From: an uncultured virus (IMG/VR IMGVR_UViG_2930745263_000002)
Lineage: Duplodnaviria; Heunggongvirae; Uroviricota; Caudoviricetes
DNA: 64,000 nucleotides
IMG/VR virus record: IMGVR_UViG_2930745263_000002
Reading direction: 5' to 3' (one strand)
The notes below the pieces were generated by a model that did no database searches, was not told where the DNA came from, and saw only the letters and a list, made by a program, of their open reading frames with translations. A program made the translations under genes and the position numbers. Every line of letters starts with the position of its first letter. Position 1 is the first letter of the stretch. This document shows positions 48,492 to 58,000 of the stretch, one piece after another.

Positions 48492-50525
48492 TCAGTTCTG
48501 GACGTTCCAGAACTCGGTCTCGTTCGGGCGCGGGTTCTCGTGACGGTCGATGTCCTCGGCCTGCTCGATGCGCCAGGACTCGATGACGCTCTGGACCATG
48601 TCGACCATCCCGGCGTTGGCCGAGGCGAACTCGAGGATCATTTCGACGACGCCGGGCTTGACGCCGTACTGGTCGCCCAGGCGCTCGGCCATGCGCATCA
48701 GGCTCTCGGCGAAGTTCTCGAACATCGGGGCGAAGTCGTCGAGGTGCTGGGTGAGTTCCTCGACGGACTGCGGCTCGTACTGGCCGGTGACGAAGTCGAA
48801 GGCTTCGGAGACTGCTTCGATCGGGGTGGCACCCACGGTTTTGGCTCCTGTCGTGGTGGGGGTGGACGGGACATGGATCGGGACAGGCGCCCCGGGCTTG
48901 ACCTTGACGGCCTTCTTGAGGCTGACCTTGCGGGCGACGGAGGCGGCGATACCGACGGGGCTGGCCATCCCGGTGGCGGCGTAGTGCCGCAGCAGCCAGG
49001 AGGAGACCTTCTTCCGGCGCATGACCCACTGGCCGGAACGCAGGGCCTTCGCCAGGCCCCAGGCCATGCCGCGGGCGATGCGCGGCATGAAGTTGGGGCC
49101 GCTGCTGGAGTTGGCGATCCGCAGCATGTGCCGGTGGGCCCAGCCCAGGCGCTTGCCGAGGCCCATGACGCCCTTGGCGATCAGCGGGGAGACGAAGGCG
49201 TTGCCCGCCCGCATCGCCCGGCGGCCGCCGCGCCACAGCTTCTTGCCGCCGCGCTTCATCATGCGGACCTTGCGGCTGGTCGCAGCCCGCTTCAGGCGCC
49301 GGTGCATCTTCTTCGCGCCCTTGGTGTACGACTTCTTCTTCGGCGTCGCAGCCGCCGTCTTGCCCTTCCGCTTACCGGCGGCGGTCGTCTTCCGCTTCTT
49401 GAAGATGCCGCGACGCTTCGTCTTCGTCGGGGACTTCTTCTTGGTGGTCTTCTTCGTGGTGGTCGGCTTTTTCTTCGGCGTGACCGGGGTCTTCTTGCCG
49501 GCCTTCTTCGCCGCCTTCGCCGCCCGGGCCGCGGCGGCGGCCTTGCGTCCGGTGCTCTTGACCGTCGGCTTCGGCGCGGTGGTCCTCTTCTTCTTCAGCG
49601 CCGCCTTCTTCTTCGCGGCCGCGCTCTTCTTCGCCGCCGCCGTCGACCCCGTGGAGGAGCCGCCGGAGGAGCCGCGGCCGCGGCCGGTGAGCTTGGCCAG
49701 GGCGCGCTTGGTCAGTCCGGGCTTGGCGTGCGCACCGGTGTTCCGGCTCGTCGACCCGCCGGTACCCGAGCGGGTGCCGGCGCCCGGCCGGGTGGCCGAG
49801 CTGTTCGGCTTCGTCGTACCGCCGCCGGTCCGCGCGGCGGACGACCTCGAGCCCAGACCCCCGGCGCCGGTACGGCCGGTGGACCTGCCGGGGCCGGTGC
49901 CGCGGCCGCTGGTGACGTGACGGCTGGCCAGGCCCTTGCCGGTGCCGGCCGCGCCCTTGCCCGCGCCGGTCTTCGCGGCGGTGGCGTTGCGCTTGGCCGC
50001 GCGGGCCCCGGCGCTCGGGCTCGCTCCGCCGGACGCCTGGGCGGCGGTCTTGCGGCCGGCGGCGCCCTTGCCGCCGCGGCCGAACAGTCCGCCGCCGCTC
50101 TTGCCGCCGGTGGCCCCGGTGCCCCTGCTGCCCAGGACGCGGCCCCCGGCGCGGGCGGAGGGGTTGGTGCGCGCGGTACGGGCGGCGCGGCTGCCCTTGT
50201 TGGCGCGGCGGTCGCGGGCCCGGCGCCACAGGGCCTTCACGCCGAGGGCCGTTCCGATGACCGCGGCGATCGCCAGGCCGATCATCATCCACTGGCCGTA
50301 GAGGTGGGCAAGGTAACTCGCTGCAATCATCGCGATCGGCGGGGCGGCGGTGATGGCGAGGGTCGTGAGGCCGCTGATCGGCTCGGAGTCGATCTCGGCG
50401 GCGGGCTTGGTCGCCGCGCGGGGGGTGGGCGCGGCGGGCGGCGGAAGGGTGGCGGTGCCGGCGCCCGGAGCCCCAGGCGCAGCCGCCGCCGGGGGCTGCG
50501 TGTTGAAGTCGAAGTTGGTGCTCAC
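48492..50525 (-). CDS. Membrane-anchored, highly basic low-complexity protein upstream of traB (TraA position)
   Basis: Two TMs, Lys/Arg/Ala/Thr-rich centre, acidic C-terminus. Confidence 0.75.
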   Translation of the reverse strand: MSTNFDFNTQPPAAAAPGAPGAGTATLPPPAAPTPRAATKPAAEIDSEPISGLTTLAITAAPPIAMIAASYLAHLYGQWMMIGLAIAAVIGTALGVKALWRRARDRRANKGSRAARTARTNPSARAGGRVLGSRGTGATGGKSGGGLFGRGGKGAAGRKTAAQASGGASPSAGARAAKRNATAAKTGAGKGAAGTGKGLASRHVTSGRGTGPGRSTGRTGAGGLGSRSSAARTGGGTTKPNSSATRPGAGTRSGTGGSTSRNTGAHAKPGLTKRALAKLTGRGRGSSGGSSTGSTAAAKKSAAAKKKAALKKKRTTAPKPTVKSTGRKAAAAARAAKAAKKAGKKTPVTPKKKPTTTKKTTKKKSPTKTKRRGIFKKRKTTAAGKRKGKTAAATPKKKSYTKGAKKMHRRLKRAATSRKVRMMKRGGKKLWRGGRRAMRAGNAFVSPLIAKGVMGLGKRLGWAHRHMLRIANSSSGPNFMPRIARGMAWGLAKALRSGQWVMRRKKVSSWLLRHYAATGMASPVGIAASVARKVSLKKAVKVKPGAPVPIHVPSTPTTTGAKTVGATPIEAVSEAFDFVTGQYEPQSVEELTQHLDDFAPMFENFAESLMRMAERLGDQYGVKPGVVEMILEFASANAGMVDMVQSVIESWRIEQAEDIDRHENPRPNETEFWNVQN

Positions 50526-50701
50526 GGGGAGGCTTCCTCTTCTCCGGTTCGGTCACTGTCGGTGGTCGTGCGGGGGTTTGTTGTTGTTGTCGTTGTTGTT
50601 GTCGCCCTGTTGTCCGCAGCTCAGGGGCCGTTTTTCGGCTCCTGAGCGGGTGTTGCGGGCGTTTGGGCCTGGGCGACAACAACCAACAACGTCACGGGTT
50701 G

Positions 50702-50914
50702 TTACGTAGGCGGGTTGGTGGAGTCGGGGGCCGCGGGGGTCGTCCCGGCCGGTTCGAGGTCGAGGACGACCGTGCACGCGATGGTCCGCGCGGGGTTGAG
50801 GCTCTCGATGTGGGCTAGAGCCGCGGCCAGGTCCTTGGCGGCCTGGGCGGGGCTGAAGGAGTCCCACTCGAAGCGGGTGGGCTGGCTGGGGGTGGGCTCG
50901 CCGCGTGTCTGCAT
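50702..50914 (-). CDS. Hypothetical protein
   Basis: Co-oriented within the transfer operon. Confidence 0.5.
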   Translation of the reverse strand: MQTRGEPTPSQPTRFEWDSFSPAQAAKDLAAALAHIESLNPARTIACTVVLDLEPAGTTPAAPDSTNPPT

Positions 50915-50918
50915 CGGT

Positions 50919-51440
50919 TCAGCGCCCCATCACGCGCTGTAGCAGGCTGCGGCGGCGGCCGACCGGGACGGCGCGGACGACGACCCGTCGCGGCCGACGG
51001 TCGGCGCCCGGCTGCAGGCCCTTGGGAGTGCCCTCGCCGGGCACGTGCAGCAGCTCCTCGACGGACAGCGGGCCCTCGCGGTCCAGGTCGTCGAGGTCGA
51101 AGTGGATCCAGGTCTCCAGCCGGTTGTAGCTCCACTCGTGCTGGGCGTCCGGGTCTCCCGGGCTGGTCCGCAGCCGCTCGGCGTTGAGGTGCTCGACGGC
51201 GGAGTTCAGGATGTCCCTCGCCCCGCGGACGGTCTCGGCGGTGAGGATCCGTGCCGGCACCCGGTCGGTGTCGACGTCGAGGTGGATCGTCATGCGCAGC
51301 GGGAGGTCCTGGGCCGCCTGCTGCGCGTCTCGGTCGCCGGGGTGCCGGCGCAGCAGTTCGGCGCTGATCTCGCCGAGGACGGAGCGCAGGATGTCGCGCG
51401 TTCCGCGACCGGTCTCGGCGTGCAGCCTGGTGGTTGTCAC
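50919..51440 (-). CDS. Hypothetical protein with an internal ~60-aa duplication
   Basis: AETGRGTRDILRS...HPGDRDAQ / AETVRGARDILNS...SPGDPDAQ; AAGGAG RBS. Confidence 0.7.
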   Translation of the reverse strand: MTTTRLHAETGRGTRDILRSVLGEISAELLRRHPGDRDAQQAAQDLPLRMTIHLDVDTDRVPARILTAETVRGARDILNSAVEHLNAERLRTSPGDPDAQHEWSYNRLETWIHFDLDDLDREGPLSVEELLHVPGEGTPKGLQPGADRRPRRVVVRAVPVGRRRSLLQRVMGR

Positions 51441-51465
51441 CGTGGTCTCCTTCGGTGTCTGAGGG

Positions 51466-53871
51466 TCAGTTGTCGGTGCCCGTGAGGGCTTCGGTCTCGG
51501 TCTCGTCGCCGGTCTCGATCACCCGGCGGCGGCCCGCCTTGTACAGGTCTCGCGCCGCGCTGAGTCGCTTCGCGGCGGTGGCCTTCGGGCGGCCGGTGAT
51601 CTTCTCGGCTTCGCCCGGGACCTTGTCGGTCCCGAGCCGTACGGTGTCGGCGCCGCCGCGAGACCACATGACGTCCAGGAGTTTCTGGGTCTCGGCGTGC
51701 CGGGGTTCCAGGGACGAGACCTTGGGGTCCGTGGTCTCGCGAGACTTCGTGTCGCTGGTCTCGTCGGTCTCGCGGGACTTGGTCTCGGAGGTCTCGCGAG
51801 ACTTCGCGCCGGAGGTCTCGCCGGTCTCACGAGACTTGGTCTCGGAGGTCTCGCGAGACTTCGCGCCGGAGGTCTCGCCGGTCTCGTCGGTCCCGCGAGA
51901 CTTGGTCTCGCCGGTCTGACGAGACTTCGTCCGGCTGGTCCCTCCGGTCCCTCGGGACTTCGGCGAGACCGGGGTCTCGGCCGGGTTGCCGTCCTTCTGC
52001 TCGGCGAGGGTCTCGGAGACCGGGATGCCGAGCTTGGCGAGGGTCAGCGGGCGCAGCTCCTCCTGGGTGGCTGCCTTGCGCCACTTCCGCCGGCCGTACT
52101 TCTGCTTGAGCGAGTCGAGGTAGACGACACGCTCGCGTTCCTGCTTCAGGGCCTCGTCCAGGCCCCGGATCTTCCAGACCCGCATGCGGCGGACGAGGAT
52201 GGCGGTCGAGGGCAGGGCGAGCAGCCAGCGGTCCAGGCCGGCCGACTCGATGTGCTTGCCGCTGCTGAGCGCGGCGACGTGGGCGACGGCGTGCCGGCCG
52301 CCCTCGGTGGCGAGGACGAAGAGCATCGGCATCACGGTGTGCATGCCGACCGCGACCGGGTCGCCCCAGCTGGCCGAGGCGTTGAACCAGATCGTGGCGA
52401 CCGTCAGGCCCCAGGCGGCGTGCCGCAGCAGGGGGAACGGCATCCGCCTCCACGTCAGGAGCAGGTCGAAGGCGATCAAGACGACGATGCCAGCGTCGAC
52501 TCCGACCGGCAGCCACTTCGAGAAGTCCCCGAAGCCCTTCTCCTCGGCCAGCTCGCGCACGGCCGTGTAGGAGCCGGTGAAGCCGATCGCGCCGATGCAG
52601 CCGGCGCCGACGATGATGATGGCGATCAGCACCCAGTGGACCCAGGTGACCTGCTCCTCGCCGGTCTTGCGACGCTCGATCCGCTCCTGCCGGCGGGCGT
52701 CCTTGTCCTCCCTCCTCAGCTTCTTGGCCTGCAGCTTGACGACGGTGGGGTCCAGGGCGGCGGCCATCTTCTGCTCGGCCGCCGCGGTGAGCTCCTTCGC
52801 TTCCTCCTTCTCCTGGTCAGCGAACCGGCGGACGGCGGCCGCCGTCTCGAGGTCCTTCATGCTCTGCTCGCGGATGCGCGCGGCGACCTCGCCGGCCTGC
52901 TCCCGCTCCCGGATCGCGGCCTGCCGCTCGGATTCCGCTTCGGCCTGCGCCTGGGTGCGGACGCGTTCCGCTTCGTCCTGCGCGGCGGTGCGCAGCGCGG
53001 TGGCCGCGGCCTCCGCGCGCTCCCGGATCGCCTCTGCGGCCTGCTGGGCCTCGGACCGGATCCGGTCGGCGTCCTGACGGCTGCGCCGGGCCTCGGTCTG
53101 GGCCCGCTCGACGTCGTCGGCGGCCAGCGTGCGGGCCCGGTCGGCCTCGGCGATCGCGTCTGTGCGGACCTGCTCGGCGTCCGCACGGCCGGCGTCCAGG
53201 GCCCGCTGCGCGTCGGCGAGGATGCCGTCGGCGCGGTTGCGGGCCAGGGCCAGGATCCGCTCGCCCTCGCGGGTGGCGGCGTCCCGGATCGAGGTGGCCT
53301 CGGCCTGGGCGGCGTCGCGGACGGCTTCCGCGTCGCGCTCGGCCTGGGCCAGGCGCTGGGTGGCGCTGTTCTCCGCGGCAGCCCGGGTCTGGTCCGCGGC
53401 GCTGCCGGCGTCGGAGCGGATCCGCTCCGCCTCGGCCCGGGCGTTGGTGACCTCGGTCGCCGCCTCCCGGTGGGCCCGGGCCAGCCGCTGGGCCGCGGCG
53501 GTCTTCGCCTCCTCGGCGGCGGTGGTGCGCAGCTGCTCGGCGTCGGCCGCGCCCTGTGCCTGGATCCCCTCGGCCTGCCGGCGGGCCTCGGTGAGGACGG
53601 CGGTGGCCTGCTCGTCGGCCTGCGTGCGCAGGGCTTCGGCCTTGGTCTGGGCCTCGGCGAGGAGCTCGCCGACGGTGGACTCGGCCTCGGCGAGTGCTTC
53701 GGCGCGGGTCGTCTCCGCCAGACGCTCGGCGTCGGCGAGCAGGGTCTCGGCCTCGGTGCGGGCCGTCGCCAGCAGCTCCTCGCCGGTGGGGTCGGTCTTG
53801 GCGGCAGCCGCTTTCGCCGCGGCGGCGGGGGCGCCGCCCCGGGCTTTGGTGTTGCGGCGGTTGTTTGCCAT
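51466..53871 (-). CDS. Coiled-coil + DUF2637 (SpdB2-like) membrane protein with C-terminal repeats
   Basis: GFTGSYTAV...PVGVDAGI...TIWFNA...GMH..MPMLFV; long Ala/Glu/Arg heptad region. Confidence 0.8.
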   Translation of the reverse strand: MANNRRNTKARGGAPAAAAKAAAAKTDPTGEELLATARTEAETLLADAERLAETTRAEALAEAESTVGELLAEAQTKAEALRTQADEQATAVLTEARRQAEGIQAQGAADAEQLRTTAAEEAKTAAAQRLARAHREAATEVTNARAEAERIRSDAGSAADQTRAAAENSATQRLAQAERDAEAVRDAAQAEATSIRDAATREGERILALARNRADGILADAQRALDAGRADAEQVRTDAIAEADRARTLAADDVERAQTEARRSRQDADRIRSEAQQAAEAIRERAEAAATALRTAAQDEAERVRTQAQAEAESERQAAIREREQAGEVAARIREQSMKDLETAAAVRRFADQEKEEAKELTAAAEQKMAAALDPTVVKLQAKKLRREDKDARRQERIERRKTGEEQVTWVHWVLIAIIIVGAGCIGAIGFTGSYTAVRELAEEKGFGDFSKWLPVGVDAGIVVLIAFDLLLTWRRMPFPLLRHAAWGLTVATIWFNASASWGDPVAVGMHTVMPMLFVLATEGGRHAVAHVAALSSGKHIESAGLDRWLLALPSTAILVRRMRVWKIRGLDEALKQERERVVYLDSLKQKYGRRKWRKAATQEELRPLTLAKLGIPVSETLAEQKDGNPAETPVSPKSRGTGGTSRTKSRQTGETKSRGTDETGETSGAKSRETSETKSRETGETSGAKSRETSETKSRETDETSDTKSRETTDPKVSSLEPRHAETQKLLDVMWSRGGADTVRLGTDKVPGEAEKITGRPKATAAKRLSAARDLYKAGRRRVIETGDETETEALTGTDN
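51715..52021. repeat. Dense GGTCTC(G)/GAGAC repeat tract with a 57-bp-period duplication
   Basis: 51-nt identical copies start at 51778 and 51835; repeated GTCTCGCGAGAC palindromes. Confidence 0.85.
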
Positions 53872-53926
53872 GACGTGCGATTCCCTTCGGAAGGTGCTGT
53901 CGGGGGGTGCGCTGTACGGGTGGGGG

Positions 53927-54286
53927 TCAGATGGCGGTCAGGGCCAGGCCGGTCAGGAAGAAGATCAGGAGGGCGACCGGCACGGCGATGCCGAGGAGGT
54001 ACAGGCCGGCGGCCGGGTCCTGGACGGCGGTCTGCTCCCAGCGCACGTACGCGCCGAGGGTGTGGGTGCGCAGCCAGCGGCCGTAGCGCTGGAGGGCGGA
54101 CGGCCGGCGCAGGGCCAGGTTCTGGACGGTCTCGAAGTCGGCGGACGTCCACTTCGTGCTGTCGCCGAACTCGGCGCGGTTGCGGACCGTGAACTCCTGG
54201 GCGGTCGGCGGCTTGGCGCGGAACGTGACGTCGAGGCCGGTGCGCTGCAGGAACTCCTTGACGGCGGCCTTCTGAGTGCGGGTCAT
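53927..54286 (-). CDS. Hypothetical membrane protein
   Basis: C-terminal TM. Confidence 0.6.
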   Translation of the reverse strand: MTRTQKAAVKEFLQRTGLDVTFRAKPPTAQEFTVRNRAEFGDSTKWTSADFETVQNLALRRPSALQRYGRWLRTHTLGAYVRWEQTAVQDPAAGLYLLGIAVPVALLIFFLTGLALTAI

Positions 54287-54421
54287 CTCGCTGGCCCCTT
54301 CCATTCGGTGATGAGCGGGAGACGGTGGGTGTCGGCCGGTGGGTACACCGGTGGCCGTGCAGTGGCGCTGAGCGGGAGGGCGGAGCCCGGGGCCCGGTGG
54401 GGTCGGGCTCCGCCGGGTGGG

Positions 54422-54691
54422 TCAGGGGGAGGCTTCGGGCTCCGTGTCCGTGTCGGCGCTGCCGAAGGCGAGGCCGAAGAAGACCCGGAAGGCGAGGACC
54501 ACGCCGCCGAAGTACGCGAGGTGCGCGACCGCGGCGCCGAATCCGTGGAGGAAGTAGTCGACGAGGGAGAGCACGCCGACCAGCAGGGCCAGGAGGGTGG
54601 CGACCGTGGACCGGCTCGGGCCCTCGTAGTCGTCCTCGTCGACAGTGGCCTTGGAGGTCTTGACCTTCGCGGGGAGGGTGGTGGAGGCCAT
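54422..54691 (-). CDS. Small two-TM protein
   Basis: TGATG coupling; hydrophobic segments. Confidence 0.6.
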   Translation of the reverse strand: MASTTLPAKVKTSKATVDEDDYEGPSRSTVATLLALLVGVLSLVDYFLHGFGAAVAHLAYFGGVVLAFRVFFGLAFGSADTDTEPEASP

Positions 54692-55119
54692 CACAGCCAC
54701 CGCCCCAGGCCCAGCGTTCGGGCGAACCGGGCCAGGCGGCCGGCCGGGCGCCGCTGCGGCTCCGCAGCGACCTCGGCCGACCCGCCCTGGATGCGGTGCA
54801 CCAACTGGTTGACGATGTCCTCGCCCTCGCCCTGGACGTGCACCTCGCTGAACATGGCGCCCAGTTCGGCGGCCTCGGGGCTACGGCCCAGCACCGCGTG
54901 CCGGCTGTAGCCCTCGACGAGCACCGCGATCTCGGCGGAGGCGTTGATCGTGCCGTCGCCCAGTCCCCCGAGCGAGGCGACCAGCCGGGCCAGGTCGGCC
55001 CGGTCGGCGACCTCGTACGAGGCGAGGTGGGCGATGGCGTCGAGCAGCGGACGAACCGCGGGGTGGACCTCGGGGGCGTAGGCGGCAGCGACTCGCTGCG
55101 CAGGGGTCTTGGTCTTCAC
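54691..55119 (-). CDS. Hypothetical protein
   Basis: GTGA overlap with the whiB stop. Confidence 0.6.
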   Translation of the reverse strand: MKTKTPAQRVAAAYAPEVHPAVRPLLDAIAHLASYEVADRADLARLVASLGGLGDGTINASAEIAVLVEGYSRHAVLGRSPEAAELGAMFSEVHVQGEGEDIVNQLVHRIQGGSAEVAAEPQRRPAGRLARFARTLGLGRWL

Positions 55120-55463
55120 GACTGGGCCCCCGCCTTCTGCTTGCCGTAGGCGGCGGTGCGCCGGCGAGCGATGCGGCGCTTGATCGCCCGCCGCTCGTCC
55201 TCGCTCAGGCCGCCCCAGACGCCGGTGTCCTGGCCGGTGTCGAGCGCCCAGTCGCCGCAGGTCTCCATGACCGGGCAGCGACGGCACACGGCCTTCGCCT
55301 CCTCGATCTGCAGCAGGGCGATGCCCGTGTTGCCGACCGGGAAGAACAGGTCCGGGTCTCCCTCGTCCTTGCAGATGCCCTGCTGACGCCAGTCCGCGAC
55401 GATCCGGTACGACGTCTCGCCGCCGCTGTGGGCGGCGAACTTCTGGTTGTCGTCGAAGCTCAT
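55116..55463 (-). CDS. whiB: WhiB-family Fe-S transcription factor (WhiB1/WblE-like)
   Basis: C...DPDLFFPVG...AKAVCRRCPV...C..WAL..GQD.GVWGGLSEDERR. Confidence 0.92.
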   Translation of the reverse strand: MSFDDNQKFAAHSGGETSYRIVADWRQQGICKDEGDPDLFFPVGNTGIALLQIEEAKAVCRRCPVMETCGDWALDTGQDTGVWGGLSEDERRAIKRRIARRRTAAYGKQKAGAQS

Positions 55464-55924
55464 GCCCGCACCGCCATTCCGGCCAGGCCGTTCGCGACGA
55501 GCGCGCTGGCGGCCTCGGCCGCGTGCGCCCTCACGTCGAGCTCGTCGGGCTGCAGGAGGACCGCGTCGTGCTGGGTCCAGCCGAAGCGGTGTACCCGCCG
55601 GTCCTTGTGGTCGAAGATGCTCCGCTCGACGAGCACCCAGGAGGTGTACGACTGCCTCTCGCGAGCCAGGTCGCCGAACAGCAGCTCCAGGACCTCCCAG
55701 GTCCCGGCGGCGTCGCGGTAGATGGTGCCCTCGAACCGCGGGCCGATCGCCGACTCGAAGAGACGGCGGTACGCCTCGGCGTCCGTCATCCCCGGCGAGT
55801 CCGCCTTCAGCGCGGCAATCCGGTCCAGCTCCAGCCGGCGGTTCGTCTGGCGCGCGATCGTCAGCGCCAGGTCCTCCGGGGAGGTCTGGCGTGTGCTTTC
55901 CAAGGTCCCTGTGCGATCCTGCAT
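55460..55924 (-). CDS. Hypothetical protein
   Basis: AGGAGG RBS before MQDRTG; ATGA overlap with whiB. Confidence 0.65.
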   Translation of the reverse strand: MQDRTGTLESTRQTSPEDLALTIARQTNRRLELDRIAALKADSPGMTDAEAYRRLFESAIGPRFEGTIYRDAAGTWEVLELLFGDLARERQSYTSWVLVERSIFDHKDRRVHRFGWTQHDAVLLQPDELDVRAHAAEAASALVANGLAGMAVRA

Positions 55925-56019
55925 ATGGATCGGCCTCCTGGTTTCGGCAGGTGGGGCGGTCTTCTTTCGGCCCTGGGCTCTTGGGTGTGTCCGCACCCGT
56001 CGCCTGGGGCCGTTTTGCG

Positions 56020-56274
56020 CTACGCGGCCGGTGAGGTCGCGGTCGGGGTCGTGGTGCGAAGGGCCTGTTCGTACGCCTTGAAGTCGTCCCGGTGGACTCG
56101 CAGAGCCTTCTTCTCGCCGCAGCCGATGGCGATCGCCGGCAGCTCCCCCGACTCGATCAGGGCGTAGATGGTCGAGACCCCTACGTCGAAGTGCTCCGCG
56201 ATCCACCGGACCCGGACGTACGGGCCGCTCTGCGGCTCGCTTTCCGGGGTTTCCGTGGTGTCCGTGGCTTCCAT
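56020..56274 (-). CDS. Excisionase-like (HTH_17) DNA-binding protein
   Basis: VRWIAEHFDVGVSTIYALIESGELPAI.IG...LRV. Confidence 0.8.
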   Translation of the reverse strand: MEATDTTETPESEPQSGPYVRVRWIAEHFDVGVSTIYALIESGELPAIAIGCGEKKALRVHRDDFKAYEQALRTTTPTATSPAA

Positions 56275-56380
56275 GAGACAAGACCATAAGGCCATGCGGC
56301 TTATAGGCGCAACCCCTTACAGTGCGCCATACTGATAGAAGTGGTAGAGCAGTAGGGTTTCGAACAGGAGGGGATACACG

Positions 56381-56926
56381 GTGACCAGCGAAGACGCGTG
56401 GGTAGGCGAGGCACAGCCCTATCTCGGCCCTCGCCCAGCAGGCGAGACAGATGCCTGGACTGCCGAGGCTGCCTCGCGCGGTCGGCGCGGCGGACAGCGC
56501 CTCCTGTGCGTGGAGGAGGTCGAGCCGCCGCCGGCCGTGCGGGAGTTCTTCGGCGTCGAGCCGGGCGAGAGCGTCGTGGTCCGAGGCCGGCTGATCCTGC
56601 TGGACGACGCCCCGGTCGAGCTGGCCTACTCCTACTACCCGGGCCACATCGCGCGCGGCACCCGCCTCGCGGACGCACGCAAGATCCCGGGCGGAGCCGT
56701 GACGCTTCTCGCCACGCTGGGGTACGTGCCCGAGGACGAACCTCTCGAGGACGTCGGCCCTGCTGCTGCAGATGAAATCCAGGGCAAGACGCTGGGAGTG
56801 CCGGCTGGCAGCCCGGTACTCGTCTTGACCCGCTTCACCAGGTCCACCAACGGGGAGCCGATGGAGGTCAGCGTCATGACCATGACCCGTCACCTCCAGT
56901 ACCGGCAGAGGAAGCAGGGAAGCTGA
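56381..56926 (+). CDS. UTRA-domain protein without an HTH
   Basis: RLILLDDAPVELAYSYYP..IA.GT.L...KIPGG; paralogous to the C-terminal domain of the next gene. Confidence 0.8.
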   Translation: MTSEDAWVGEAQPYLGPRPAGETDAWTAEAASRGRRGGQRLLCVEEVEPPPAVREFFGVEPGESVVVRGRLILLDDAPVELAYSYYPGHIARGTRLADARKIPGGAVTLLATLGYVPEDEPLEDVGPAAADEIQGKTLGVPAGSPVLVLTRFTRSTNGEPMEVSVMTMTRHLQYRQRKQGS

Positions 56927-56929
56927 GCC

Positions 56930-57694
56930 ATGGCGAGAGCATTCGAGGACAAGCGGTCGGCGCACCAGAAGATTGCTGCTGGGCTGCGCCGCCGAATCAC
57001 GCGGGGAGACATCGCTCCCGGAACGCAACTGCCGTCGACGTCCGCCCTCATGGAGGAGTGGGACGTCGCCGGGACGACCGTGCAGAAGGCCCTGCTCATG
57101 CTGAAGGAGGAAGATCTCCTGGAGGGACAGCCCGGCAGGGGCGTCTTCGTCAAGGAACACACGCAGCAGGCCATCTCGCCGATGGTCTACATGCCGCCCG
57201 CCGGCGCCGGAGAGCCGTACCGCTGGATCACTGAGGCGGAGAAGCGCTCCCAGCGCGGCTCGTCGAAGCTGCTCGAAGTCACCGTCGTGACGCCCCCCTT
57301 CGAGGTGGGCCGGGCCCTGGGGCTGGAGGCCGACGGGCAGGCCCTGCTGCGAAAGCAGATCCTGTCCCTGGACGACGAGCCCACAGAGCTGACCTGTTCG
57401 TACTACCCGCTCGAGCTGGCCGAGGGGACGGCCATGATGGAGCGACGGAAGATCCGCGGCGGAACGCCTACGCTCCTGAGCGAGCTCGGCTACCCGCCGC
57501 GGGAGTTCGTCGACGAGGTCTCCTCGGAGATCCCCACGGAGGACGAGGTTCGCGCGCTCGAGCTGCCCAAGGACATGCCCGTGATGCTGACGTTCCGAGT
57601 CGTCTACTCGGACAACGAGCGGCCGATCGAGGTCTCGCTGCTGGCGAAGGCCGCGCACAAGTACCGCATGCGCTATCGGCTGTCCGTGAGCTGA
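56930..57694 (+). CDS. GntR/HutC regulator (KorSA/TraR-like)
   Basis: HQKIAAGLRRRI..G...PGTQLPST...GRGVFV followed by UTRA. Confidence 0.88.
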   Translation: MARAFEDKRSAHQKIAAGLRRRITRGDIAPGTQLPSTSALMEEWDVAGTTVQKALLMLKEEDLLEGQPGRGVFVKEHTQQAISPMVYMPPAGAGEPYRWITEAEKRSQRGSSKLLEVTVVTPPFEVGRALGLEADGQALLRKQILSLDDEPTELTCSYYPLELAEGTAMMERRKIRGGTPTLLSELGYPPREFVDEVSSEIPTEDEVRALELPKDMPVMLTFRVVYSDNERPIEVSLLAKAAHKYRMRYRLSVS

Positions 57695-57708
57695 GACCGG
57701 CTCGCGCT

Positions 57709-57732
57709 CGCCCCCGGCTTTCGGCCGGGGGC
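57709..57732 (+). terminator. Hairpin after the GntR gene
   Basis: GCCCCCGGC TTTCG GCCGGGGGC. Confidence 0.6.
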
Positions 57733-58000
57733 TTTCGCATGCCCGCAGCCACACACCCATAAGGCTTAAGCGCTCACGGTGGTACGTTCGTGTCGCGGCG
57801 GTCCCGATCACCTCGTGGTCGGCGAACGCGCAAGTGGCCAGGCGGTCTTGCTCACCGCCCGGCCACTTCAAGCACACCGACGGGGTGATTCCCGTCGACC
57901 TCGGACCCAGCTCGTGAAAGGGGTCGCTCGTGAGCGTACCCGGTACCCCTGGCCGACGGCCAAGTGCCACAACCAGCGCACGGTGGCTGGTGAACGCCCC

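Noticed and set aside
56020..56274. Xis-like gene as proof of integration
   Set aside because: No integrase, tRNA or att-like repeat is in the window, and HTH_17 proteins also act as regulators.
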